Source: Candidatus Hydrogenedentota bacterium (lineage in GTDB: Bacteria; Hydrogenedentota; Hydrogenedentia; Hydrogenedentales; SLHB01). From it: DNA of 64,000 nt. The notes beneath the pieces are model-generated. The model made no database searches, was not told where the DNA came from, and saw nothing but the letters and a program-made list of their open reading frames with translations. Both the position numbers and the translations under genes were made by a program. Location: contig CAXXYE010000011.1 of assembly GCA_963674865.2 (NCBI GenBank), forward strand, positions 224,001-288,000, given 5' to 3'. Shown here piece by piece: positions 25,646 through 34,837 of the stretch (position 1 is the first letter of the stretch; the number at the start of each line of letters is the position of its first letter).

Positions 25646-26210
25646 GCTGTCAAGGCATAGCGATTCTGCCGATGCCCCTCTGGTAAACACGCCGCGCGGG
25701 GCAATAGACGGCTTCACGCTCATCGAGTTGATGGTGGTTCTCGTCATTCTCGCCCTGTTCTCGTCCGCCATCGCACCTTCCGTGGTATCCGCCGTTCGCA
25801 AGAGCGGCCTGAGCGCGGAGGCGCAGAAACTCGCCGACACGCTCGACTTTGCCTGTGTGTCCGCCATCACGCGGCACCGGGCCGTTATCGTCAATATCGA
25901 CCCCGCCCGCAAGCGCTGCTGGATTACCGCGCCGAAGGCGACACTGCCCTGGCTCGAGGAGGACGAGGAATCGAAGACGCAGGTTCTTGCCGCCATGGCA
26001 TTTGGCGAGCGTAGCGATATCGCGGTTGTTCTTGGGGAGGAAGGCGCCTATGACGTGTCGTCATCCGGGCCGTGGACTACCCTCACCTTCAACAGCGACG
26101 GCAGCACCAACGACGCGGTCATCAACTTGAGCGATCTCGATGGCCAACGCTGCGTCGTAGAAGTCTTCGGCGCCACTGGTGAGGTACATCTGAGGGAGGG
26201 AGCGCCGTGA
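25632..26210 (+). CDS. gspH: Minor pseudopilin GspH-like
   Basis: G|FTLIELMVVLVIL, TFNSDGS, position after gspG. Confidence 0.85.
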   Translation: MSFTRLSRHSDSADAPLVNTPRGAIDGFTLIELMVVLVILALFSSAIAPSVVSAVRKSGLSAEAQKLADTLDFACVSAITRHRAVIVNIDPARKRCWITAPKATLPWLEEDEESKTQVLAAMAFGERSDIAVVLGEEGAYDVSSSGPWTTLTFNSDGSTNDAVINLSDLDGQRCVVEVFGATGEVHLREGAP

Positions 26211-26611
26211 GCCCAATGCCGAGTTCTCGCGGTGCCCAAGGTTTCTCGCTGATTGAGATGTTGGCGGCGTTGACGATTTTCGGAGCAGGCGTCCTGGCCA
26301 CCCTGGAGCTTTTCGGCGTCTGTCTCCGCTCGACCTCGGACTCGCTCGACTACACCCAGGCCGTACTGCTGGCCGAGGGTTTGATGGAGGAAACCCTCGC
26401 GGAGGGCATCTCCTATGCAAGCACGGACAGCGGCGACTTCGGCGATGACTTCCCCCGTTACTCCTGGGAACTCGAAGTGACGGATACGGAGCAGGGGGGG
26501 CTTCGAGAGGTCGTTGCCATCGTCAAATGGCGCGAACGCGGCCTTGAGAAGGAGTTCCGACTGACCACGCTGGCGGCGGACAGGGATTTGGCGGAACTGG
26601 CGGATGAGTAG
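26207..26611 (+). CDS. gspI: Minor pseudopilin GspI-like
   Basis: AQG|FSLIEMLAALTI. GTGA overlap with gspH. Confidence 0.85.
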   Translation: MSPMPSSRGAQGFSLIEMLAALTIFGAGVLATLELFGVCLRSTSDSLDYTQAVLLAEGLMEETLAEGISYASTDSGDFGDDFPRYSWELEVTDTEQGGLREVVAIVKWRERGLEKEFRLTTLAADRDLAELADE

Positions 26612-27218
26612 GCACTCAGGCTTTACCCTTATCGAGCTGCTTGTCACCACGACGATGCTGGCCATCTTGGCCAGCGCGGGGCTGGCTGCCCTGTCCGTGG
26701 GGACGCATTCCGCCGCCAAGGCCAAGCGCTACGGCGCGATGATGGTGCATGGCAACGCGGCGCTCAAGACCATGGCCCGCGATATCCGTGCCGCCGTTGA
26801 GCACGATGACGTTCGGCTCGTCTCGCTTGACGCGGAATATGAGGGCATGGACGCCGACACGCTCGATGTCATTGTGGCCACGCGGCCCAGACTCGACGAT
26901 GACAGCCTCGGGGTCTCCGGACGGTGCGAGGTGGGATACTACATTGAGAACGACCCGGACACGGAGGTCCGGTGGCTTTTGCGGCGTGAAGACGCCACGC
27001 TCGACGATGATCCGCTGGAAGGGGGGGCCGTGTCGTTGGCAGGCCCTTGCGTTGCCGAGATGGACCTCCAGTTCTATGACGGCCTCTTCTGGAATTCGGG
27101 CTGGGATGACGAGGATGAATCCCCGGAGGCCGTCTATATTCGACTTGTGGTGGTGGATGAAGATGGAATCGAGAATCCAAAGGTGTTTTCGACTACCGTG
27201 CCCCTCATGGCCCGGTGA
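26604..27218 (+). CDS. gspJ: Minor pseudopilin GspJ-like
   Basis: RHSG|FTLIELL, MARDIRAA, EVGYY, LQFYDG..W...W...PEAV. Confidence 0.85.
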   Translation: MSRHSGFTLIELLVTTTMLAILASAGLAALSVGTHSAAKAKRYGAMMVHGNAALKTMARDIRAAVEHDDVRLVSLDAEYEGMDADTLDVIVATRPRLDDDSLGVSGRCEVGYYIENDPDTEVRWLLRREDATLDDDPLEGGAVSLAGPCVAEMDLQFYDGLFWNSGWDDEDESPEAVYIRLVVVDEDGIENPKVFSTTVPLMAR

Positions 27219-28635
27219 GCCCGCGCGAAACGAGGGTGTAGCGCTCGTGTTCGTGCTGTGGATTACGGTGCTCCTTTCTGCGGTGGCGCTGAGCGTGAAG
27301 TTCTCCACGCACCTGCGCTCACAGATCGCGGCAACGAGCGGAAGGACCACCAAGGCATTCTTCTTGGCCCGGGCCGGCGTTGAGAGGGCCATCGCGGATC
27401 TTGTCGAGGACGTGAATGAGGTCCCCACGCAAGAGAGATTGCGTGAGAATAGTGAGAGAACCTACCGGAACCTGGAACTGGGTGGTGGCACGTACACGCT
27501 ATATGCGGGAATGGAAGACGGCGACCCCGTCTACGGGATTATGGACGAAGGGGCGAAGCTCAACCTGAACCAAGCGGACGCGGACATGCTCGGCGGCCTT
27601 CCAGGCATGGATCCCAACCTTGCGGATACGGTGGTGGCCTTTCGCGAGGGCCGCTCCTATCACGACGTCGATGATCTGCTCCTGCTTGAAGGGGTGGACG
27701 TTCTCAAGCTCTACGGTGAGGACCAGAACCGCAATGGCCTGCTGGATCCAAACGAAGACGATGGAGAAGCAAGCTGGCCTCCGGACGATGCCGACGGGAC
27801 GCTCGATACTGGATGCGCGGCCTACCTCACCGTGTGGTCGGCCGCACGCGATGTGGCCTATGAGGGCAAAGCGCGCGTGAAGCTTAACGAAGCCAGTGCC
27901 GAGTCTATCCAGGAAGACGTGAAGGGCATCACCTCGCAACAGGCTGAATCAATCGTCGCGCATCGGGACAAGAACAAGTTTACGTCGATCGCGGACCTGC
28001 TTGATGTGGAGCTTGTTGAGAAGACAACAAACAGCGGCGGACAGAAGCCGCCCGGACAGCCTCAGGGCAAGCCGCCGAATCAGGAAGGGCAGTCCCAAGC
28101 GGACGGACAGCCGGAGCAACAAGCTGAGAACGGGAAGAACGCCGGCGAAGAGGCCGAGAAGCCACAGAAGAAGGAAGAAAGTCCGCCGAAGCAGCAGCCT
28201 GAGGAGAACAACAACACGACGGAGACGAAGGGCACGGGCGCCAAGGCGTTCGCGATGGAGGATTTCCGCAAGTTCGCCGATGCCTTCACGCTTGCTGAAG
28301 AAGAGGTGCTCAAAGGTGTTGTCAACATCAACACCGCGCCCGCGGCAGTGCTTGCTTGCCTGCCAGGCATCGACGAGGGTGTCGCCCTTGCCATCGTGCA
28401 GGAGCGACAAGGGCGTCCCGAAGGATTCACCACTGTGGCGGATCTTTTGGATGTCAATGGGCTGACTATCAAGATATTCAAGCAAGTGAGCGGCCTCGTG
28501 AGTGCACGTTCCGATGTCTTCCAGGTTCGCTCCTTCGGAGTAGTGGACGACGGTGATATATACGCCTGCGTCAGCGCCGTCATCGATCGCACCGAAGACG
28601 AGGCCCACATTCTGTACTGGCAGGAATATGAATAA
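27163..28635 (+). CDS. gspK: Minor pseudopilin GspK with helix-hairpin-helix motifs
   Basis: NEG|VALVFVLW, ARAGVERA, DEGAKLNLN, VNINTAPAAVLACLPGI, RSDVFQVRSFG. Start uncertain (in-frame ATG at 27157 or 27163). The ORF-track start 26749 lies inside gspJ. Confidence 0.85.
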   Translation: MESRIQRCFRLPCPSWPGEPARNEGVALVFVLWITVLLSAVALSVKFSTHLRSQIAATSGRTTKAFFLARAGVERAIADLVEDVNEVPTQERLRENSERTYRNLELGGGTYTLYAGMEDGDPVYGIMDEGAKLNLNQADADMLGGLPGMDPNLADTVVAFREGRSYHDVDDLLLLEGVDVLKLYGEDQNRNGLLDPNEDDGEASWPPDDADGTLDTGCAAYLTVWSAARDVAYEGKARVKLNEASAESIQEDVKGITSQQAESIVAHRDKNKFTSIADLLDVELVEKTTNSGGQKPPGQPQGKPPNQEGQSQADGQPEQQAENGKNAGEEAEKPQKKEESPPKQQPEENNNTTETKGTGAKAFAMEDFRKFADAFTLAEEEVLKGVVNINTAPAAVLACLPGIDEGVALAIVQERQGRPEGFTTVADLLDVNGLTIKIFKQVSGLVSARSDVFQVRSFGVVDDGDIYACVSAVIDRTEDEAHILYWQEYE

Positions 28636-28659
28636 GCTGAATCACGCAGGGATCTGGAG

Positions 28660-30138
28660 GTGCACGCGTTGTCATTCATAAACACACTGGCGGGCGGGGG
28701 CCAAGCTCTGATGAAGCTTATGGAGCGTCAGGAAGCGCGAGGAAGTGTGCACCGGCGGGTTGTGGCGCTGGAGCTAGGACACAACGGCGAATGGCGCGGA
28801 CTCGAGGCGGAACTCGGCGGAGAGAGCATCGCTGTCTCAAGAGCGTGGATGCTGGACGGCGAGGCGGCGCCTATTCCCAGCAAACAGGCCGAAGCCACGA
28901 TAGTATTCAACTCGCGCCGCGCCGTCTGCCGTCTGCTGGAATTGGCCGATGCTCCGGCCAGCCAAGTCAACAGCATGGTTTCGCTGCGCCTGGAGCTGGA
29001 ACTGCCGTTCCCCGTCGAGGAAACCACCTGGGTGTGCAAGCCCGTGGAGAATGGCCGGGCGACGGTATCCCAGGGCCTGCTTATTGCCGCCGTCACTGCC
29101 GATGTCGCGGAGGCCGAAGACGCCCTGCGCGCCAAGGGCATACGCCCGGGTGCGGTTGAGTTCGCTCCCGCCGGCCTGGCCGAACTGGCGCTTGCCTCCG
29201 GCGGCGGCCTCGAGGACACCGTTGCGGTGGCGGACCTCGGCGTGTCCGGCGTTACTCTGGCCATCTTGCATGCCGGCACACTGCGCTACGCGCGCCATAT
29301 GGAGACGGGCATCGACGGCCATGACGGCATGGCGGAATGGGTGCCCCGTGTGGTGAGTGAGTTGAAGCAGTCCATGTGCGACTACCTGCTGCGCACCGAC
29401 GCCGGACCTCCTTCGCGTCTTATCGCCTCCGGCCAAGTTCTTCGTATTGAGGGCCTTCTAGATGAACTCGGGGAGGCTCTAGGAATGCCCGTCGACAGGG
29501 CGCCTTGGCCTGACGTGGTTCAGGTAGCCGGCGAGGTGTCCTCGACAGACGACCTGCTCGCGGATTATCCCGCGTGCCTGGGCGTCTTGCTCGCGGCCCA
29601 CCGGCGTCTCCGAAATGAGTCGACGGTGGCGCCTCCCTTGCGTACCGAGGTGCAGCGTTTCCGGCTCGAAAAACTTGATCTGCGCGGCAAACGCGCCGGC
29701 CTTCTAGCCGCCAATATCGTTGCCCTCGTGGCGTTTGTCGGCGCTCTTATGGCGGGGCAGGCCCTTCGGCTCAGAGCGGCGGAGCGCGTTATCGAGGGGA
29801 GTCGGCCTCTTCTGAGCCAACTCGATCGTCTGCAGGAGGAGGTAAGCTTGCTGCAATACGAGGGCAAGCGCCAGCGCCCCATGCTCGATGCGCTGCTTGC
29901 CCTCTCTGAGATTTTTCCCTCCGAGATTCAGATCGAGACGCTCTCCATCGACGCCAAGGGTAAGGTGAGCATTGCGGGGCAAACCAAGTCCGTCGAAACA
30001 GTCTCCGATGAGGCTGTGGCCGCGATGGAGGCGTCACCTCTTTTCGCGAGCCCTCAGTTTCTTGGCGCTACCAAGAAGAAAGATACCTATAGCTTCAGCA
30101 TGACTTGCAACCTCAGAATGGGAGGAGGCGGCACGTGA
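28660..30138 (+). CDS. GspL / PilM-PilN-like assembly platform protein
   Basis: Actin-like cytoplasmic part (LPFPVEE, AVADLGVSGVTLAIL), one TM helix, periplasmic PilN-like domain. Lies in T2SS operon. Confidence 0.75.
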   Translation: MHALSFINTLAGGGQALMKLMERQEARGSVHRRVVALELGHNGEWRGLEAELGGESIAVSRAWMLDGEAAPIPSKQAEATIVFNSRRAVCRLLELADAPASQVNSMVSLRLELELPFPVEETTWVCKPVENGRATVSQGLLIAAVTADVAEAEDALRAKGIRPGAVEFAPAGLAELALASGGGLEDTVAVADLGVSGVTLAILHAGTLRYARHMETGIDGHDGMAEWVPRVVSELKQSMCDYLLRTDAGPPSRLIASGQVLRIEGLLDELGEALGMPVDRAPWPDVVQVAGEVSSTDDLLADYPACLGVLLAAHRRLRNESTVAPPLRTEVQRFRLEKLDLRGKRAGLLAANIVALVAFVGALMAGQALRLRAAERVIEGSRPLLSQLDRLQEEVSLLQYEGKRQRPMLDALLALSEIFPSEIQIETLSIDAKGKVSIAGQTKSVETVSDEAVAAMEASPLFASPQFLGATKKKDTYSFSMTCNLRMGGGGT

Positions 30139-30764
30139 GCCTCACGGCAAGAGACAAGAAGACCTTGGCCATTGGCGGCATTGCGGCGGCCCTCATCGTC
30201 GTGGTCGGATACGGGATCCTGCCCTTGGTACGCGGGGGCGACGGCGTGTCCGGAGGTAGTGCCTCAACGCTCGAGCGCGCCGATGGCATTCGAGAGCGTA
30301 TCCGCCATCAAAAGGCCGTGCTCAAGCGGCGCAATGCTCTTGCAGGGCGCCTCGGCTCCCTCGTGAGCTTTGAGGCGTCCGAAGGGAACACGTCCGCTCA
30401 AGGAACGCCTGAGCAAGGCGCAGATGTGGACGCGTCCGGTGATAAGGAGGATGCCGGAAAGGCGGCAGCTCCAAGTCCTGTTGGCCTTGCAGCCTATATC
30501 GAAAGGAGTGCCGCGGGGACGGGTGTGAAGATCGGCAAAGTCACCCCCAGGAAGAGCGCGAAGGAGCATAAGGGGGGCAAGCACTTCGTGCCGGCCATGC
30601 TCCAGCTCACCATGGAGGGGAATATCGAGAGCCTGCTCAAAATGCTCCATGTCCTTGAGAAGGGGGAGAGGTTCGTGAGGATTGAGCAGATTCAAGTCGG
30701 GCGAAAGGGAAACGCCATCAACGCCACCCTTGTGGTGGCCGGATACGAGGATGCTGCCAAGTGA
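30135..30764 (+). CDS. GspM / PilO-like protein
   Basis: MSLTARDKKTLAIGG..TM, LTMEGNIESLLKMLHVLE...RIEQIQV. GTGA overlap with previous gene. Confidence 0.75.
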   Translation: MSLTARDKKTLAIGGIAAALIVVVGYGILPLVRGGDGVSGGSASTLERADGIRERIRHQKAVLKRRNALAGRLGSLVSFEASEGNTSAQGTPEQGADVDASGDKEDAGKAAAPSPVGLAAYIERSAAGTGVKIGKVTPRKSAKEHKGGKHFVPAMLQLTMEGNIESLLKMLHVLEKGERFVRIEQIQVGRKGNAINATLVVAGYEDAAK

Positions 30765-31585
30765 GTATGGACGTCTACAGGGACAAGACCTTGGCCTGGC
30801 TTAGGCACTGGCCGCTGGAAACGTATCTCGTGGTTTCCCTCTGCGTGTTGGGTTGCTTGCTCATGTTCCAGGGCGCGCGGTGTGGCGTAGCGGGTATTCG
30901 TGCCGTCTTCTTCGCTCGCTCCCTCGACATAGATCCCCATGCCGTGCCTCCCCGGGTGCACGCCAAAGCGCTCGACGCCTACGACGCCATTCTCGATAAA
31001 GGACTGCTTGGCAAACGCGTGAAGCAGGCGCCGCCCGAGGTCAAGTTGCTCGGCGTCCTTGGCCGTCAGGCCCTCCTTGGGCCCTCCTCCGAGGGCGCCA
31101 AGGCCTACGAGGTAGGCGGAGAAGTGCCCGGCGGCGAGAAGATTGTTGAGATTACTTCCAATAGCGTCGTTCTCGAGAAAGAGGGCAAGCAGCGCACCCT
31201 TAAGGTGTTCCCCGATTCCGGCGCTGGACCTGCGAGGAAGGAGGAGCCGCCTTCGGCGCCCGAGCCTTCGCGCGCAGGGGAGAAGAAGGAAGTACCGCCC
31301 GTTGAGGATCCGCCGCCCGCGCCTGAACCGGCCGATGAGGACGCCGCGCCGGAGGAGGAGGCAAGCGGCGGCCTAGCCGGTTCCTCCTGGTCGGCAGACG
31401 GCGCCACGATATCCTTCTCCGCTGACGGCACGATGACGATCTCTCAAGGCAGCCACAGCATGCAGGGATCCTGGAGCGTAAGCGGATCAACAATAACAGT
31501 GACGATAGGCAACGAGACGGCCACGGGGCAGATTGACGGCAATACGATGACGATTGAGGGCAAGCAACTGCAACGCGTCAGCTAA
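30761..31585 (+). CDS. GspC-like protein (TM, HR-like domain, Pro/Glu linker, small beta-rich C-terminal domain)
   Basis: VKLLGVLGRQALL...YEVGGEVPGGEKIVEITSNSVVLEKEGKQRTL resembles the GspC HR domain. Located just before the secretin. Confidence 0.65.
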   Translation: MSMDVYRDKTLAWLRHWPLETYLVVSLCVLGCLLMFQGARCGVAGIRAVFFARSLDIDPHAVPPRVHAKALDAYDAILDKGLLGKRVKQAPPEVKLLGVLGRQALLGPSSEGAKAYEVGGEVPGGEKIVEITSNSVVLEKEGKQRTLKVFPDSGAGPARKEEPPSAPEPSRAGEKKEVPPVEDPPPAPEPADEDAAPEEEASGGLAGSSWSADGATISFSADGTMTISQGSHSMQGSWSVSGSTITVTIGNETATGQIDGNTMTIEGKQLQRVS

Positions 31586-31649
31586 CCGCGTAGGCAGCCT
31601 TTTCTCTTGAGTGGGATATTCCGCGCTGTAATTAGGAGGATTCGCGATA

Positions 31650-34571
31650 ATGAGGCACCGCAACGACCACCGTCGAAGTACCTTGGCAATTCTGGCTGCG
31701 GCCTGGCTGTGCATGCTGATAAGTCCCGCCTTCGCGCAGGCCCCACCGCCTGCCGAGGCCGAGACGGTGGCGCCGGGGGAAGATGCCGCCGCTCAGGAAG
31801 GCGCTCCCGAGGCGACTGAGGCCGAGGATGACGGGAAGGTCGCCATCAATCTGAACAATGTTGACGTGGACCAGGTGATCAAGTTTCTTGCGGACATCAC
31901 CCACAAGGTGGTGGTGAAACACAAGGACGTCAAGGCGCAGATTACGGTGTTGAGTCCTGGAGAGGTCGAGCCAAGGACCGCCTTTGCCCTTATCTGCGAT
32001 GCACTACTCATGGAGAAGGTCGCGGTAGTCGAGGACGAGGACACGATCAAGTTGATGCCGGTGGACCTGCTCAGTGAGGTCGTGATCGATCTGCAGCCCG
32101 GCGTGGCGAGCGAGATTTCGGCCGGGATCATCCGGCGCGTTGTCAACATCCGCTTCGCTTCCGTTTCCGAGATTGAGAAGCTTGTGAAACCGCTGCTCAG
32201 CAAGAACGGTTCCGTCATCGCGGATCCTTCCTCCAAAAAGGTCATCATCACCGACACCGCCAGTCGCGTCACGAGTATTGAGGAAGTCATCGCCCAACTG
32301 GACATTCTGGATACCGACGAGCGGCAAGTGAAGATATTCACGCTCAAACACGCCGATGCCGAAGAACTGGCGCCCCTGCTCAAGAGTGTCCTCGGCATTC
32401 TGGCGCAGAAGGATGACGCGGGCGGCGGGCAGCAGCAGAAGGGCAAGCCTCCACAACCGCAGCCGCAGAAGAAGGGCCAGCAGCCTTCCCCCGGCCAGGG
32501 CCTTCTCGACGTGGTGCCTTACAAGATTGCCAATTGGCTTGTTCTTGTGGCTCCCAAGGAGCTTATCGGGCCGGCCCAGTCCCTGGTTGAGGAGCTTGAT
32601 CGCGAGAGGCCGCCCGAACTGACGCTTCGTGTTCTGCCTATCCAGTTCGCCGACGCTTCCGAGATCGCCGGGCAGCTCAAGCCAATTTTCCAGAAGCGTC
32701 CGGAGAAGCGCCTCGAAGAAACCGTCGAAATCACCGCCCACGACCGCTCCAGCTCACTACTTATTCTCAGTTCGCAAGCGAACTTCGACCTTATCAAGAC
32801 CGTTGTCGCGGAACTCGATACCGAGGAATCCGTTCAGGTGACTACCAAAACGTACCAACTCGCGTTTGCCGACGCCGAGGACATTTCCGAGCAGATGAAC
32901 GAGTTGTATACGGGCCTCGAGCAGGAGGACGGCTACCGAGGCTATTACTATTGGTCGTACCGCTCCAGAATGCAGGACACGAAGACACGCTTTGTGCCCG
33001 AAACGCGTACGAACTCCGTGATCGCTATTGCGCGCCCCACCGAGTTTGCCAAGATCGACGACATGATCGAGAAACTCGATACGCCCATCGACTCCGAGCA
33101 GGCCGCGCCGAAGATCTTTCGCGTCAAGTATGTCGACGCGCAGGAACTTACTGAGGTGCTGAACCAGATCTTTGGCGTCGAGGATAGCAGCTCCAGTGGG
33201 GGCTATTACGACTACTGGTATGGAAATTACGGCAGCAAGGATGTTGAGGTCGGCCGCCTGTACGGCAAGGTAAGATTTGTTCCTGAGACGGCTACCAACG
33301 CCATCATCGTCACGACAAACAACAAAGAGAACTTCCCGGTTATCGAGCAGTTTATCAGGGAACTCGACCAGTTCAATCCGGACGCCGCCAACACGATGGT
33401 CGTCCCGCTCCAAAACGCGAAAGCGGAGGAACTCGCTGAACAACTCAACACCCTCTTCGCTCGTGAAGGCGCCCGCGCGCCCACGCAGAAAGAAGGCGAA
33501 GAGCAGCGCTCCTCGTTCTACGCTTGGCTTACGGGTGGGCAGAGCAAGACGGAGGAACGCGCCATAAGTAACCTCATCGGGCAAGTTCGCGTCGTTCCCG
33601 ACGCACGAACGAACGCGCTCACCATTACGACGGCCGTGCAGAACTTCGAACTTCTTCGGGAGATCATCGACAAACTGGACGTCGAATCGCCCAAAGTACT
33701 TGTGCGCGTCCGGCTTATCGAGGTTACCACAACGAAGGTGTCGCGAATCGGCACACGGTTCAGTTCCGACGAGAGCGTGTTTGAAAGCGATGATTTCGAC
33801 AACGGCCTGAAGTCAACGTTCGGACTGAATTGGGAAGAGATACACCGTGACGGCACGGTTGCGGCGAACATCGACATCGGCCTGCTCGTCCAGTTCATGC
33901 AACGCCACGCCGACACGCACATCCTCTCCGAGCCCACGCTCGTCATGAACAACAACCAAACCGCCAATATCTTTGTCGGTTCCCGTATCCCGTTCATCAC
34001 CAAGAGTCAGTCGACGCCGGAAGGGACGCTGAACCAGTCTTTCGAGTACAAGGACGCGGGCACCACCTTGAAGATTACGCCGAACATCAACACGGTTGAC
34101 AAGGTGGTGATGAAGGTGGAGTTGGAGTCCTCCCAAATCCGCCCTGGTGAAGTGCTCTTCGGCGGATTTATCATCGACTCGCGGCAGTTCAACACCGAGC
34201 TTGCCGTCGAGAGCGGTGAAACCATCGTGATAGGCGGGATCCGGCGTGAGAGCGACTCCGAAGCTGTTCGCCGCGTGCCGGTGTTGGGCCACATACCGAT
34301 CGTGAACCTTGCCTTCCGCAAGAAAGACACAAAGCGTGAGGCAACCGAGCTGATCGCGTTCATCACACCGAGCGTTCTGCGCGGTGGCGATTCGGACCGG
34401 GAGGTAACTCGAGAAGCGGTTGACCGCCTCGAAGTCATTCAGGACTGGCGAAATCCCCTTGAGAACATCACTGTCGACCCGAAAGATGGAGTAGCGGAGG
34501 AATTAGAACTGTCTGCCGAGGATTCCGACACAGCGCAACAGCGGCATAAGGGCAAGGGGCGGCGCAGATAG
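31650..34571 (+). CDS. gspD: Type II secretion secretin GspD (extended N-domains)
   Basis: Signal peptide, N0 domain, repeated secretin-N domains, KVLVRVRLIEV, LSEPTLVMNNNQTANIFVG, GTTLKITP, VPVLGHIP..LAFR, TELIAFITP. Confidence 0.95.
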   Translation: MRHRNDHRRSTLAILAAAWLCMLISPAFAQAPPPAEAETVAPGEDAAAQEGAPEATEAEDDGKVAINLNNVDVDQVIKFLADITHKVVVKHKDVKAQITVLSPGEVEPRTAFALICDALLMEKVAVVEDEDTIKLMPVDLLSEVVIDLQPGVASEISAGIIRRVVNIRFASVSEIEKLVKPLLSKNGSVIADPSSKKVIITDTASRVTSIEEVIAQLDILDTDERQVKIFTLKHADAEELAPLLKSVLGILAQKDDAGGGQQQKGKPPQPQPQKKGQQPSPGQGLLDVVPYKIANWLVLVAPKELIGPAQSLVEELDRERPPELTLRVLPIQFADASEIAGQLKPIFQKRPEKRLEETVEITAHDRSSSLLILSSQANFDLIKTVVAELDTEESVQVTTKTYQLAFADAEDISEQMNELYTGLEQEDGYRGYYYWSYRSRMQDTKTRFVPETRTNSVIAIARPTEFAKIDDMIEKLDTPIDSEQAAPKIFRVKYVDAQELTEVLNQIFGVEDSSSSGGYYDYWYGNYGSKDVEVGRLYGKVRFVPETATNAIIVTTNNKENFPVIEQFIRELDQFNPDAANTMVVPLQNAKAEELAEQLNTLFAREGARAPTQKEGEEQRSSFYAWLTGGQSKTEERAISNLIGQVRVVPDARTNALTITTAVQNFELLREIIDKLDVESPKVLVRVRLIEVTTTKVSRIGTRFSSDESVFESDDFDNGLKSTFGLNWEEIHRDGTVAANIDIGLLVQFMQRHADTHILSEPTLVMNNNQTANIFVGSRIPFITKSQSTPEGTLNQSFEYKDAGTTLKITPNINTVDKVVMKVELESSQIRPGEVLFGGFIIDSRQFNTELAVESGETIVIGGIRRESDSEAVRRVPVLGHIPIVNLAFRKKDTKREATELIAFITPSVLRGGDSDREVTREAVDRLEVIQDWRNPLENITVDPKDGVAEELELSAEDSDTAQQRHKGKGRRR

Positions 34572-34837
34572 AGGCAGAACCACTGAGAGCCGACGGACGT
34601 TCCGATTGTGCCGCCGTCTGTGTCGCGCCCTTGCCTATCTGCGTCTCGTGAAGTTTGCCGTCCGCCAAACCGCCGGGCCGGCCGATCCCGCCTGCGGCGG
34701 CCTGGCGCGCGGCGCCATGGGCTGGCCGGCAAAGATTGATATGCGCACGGAAGTCAGCAAGAATGAATTGCTGCATTCTGCGGCGGAGACGCCCTTGTCG
34801 CCGCTCAAGGACTGTCTTCCCAGAGAGGAACTCCAGG

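Noticed and set aside
26749..27162. N-terminal extension of the 628-aa ORF
   Set aside because: Overlaps gspJ in another frame. GspK similarity begins only near NEGVALV.
27215..27241. Possible frameshift at gspK start (GTGA overlap gives a short out-of-frame peptide)
   Set aside because: In-frame ATGs at 27157/27163 give a plausible leader, so no frameshift is needed.
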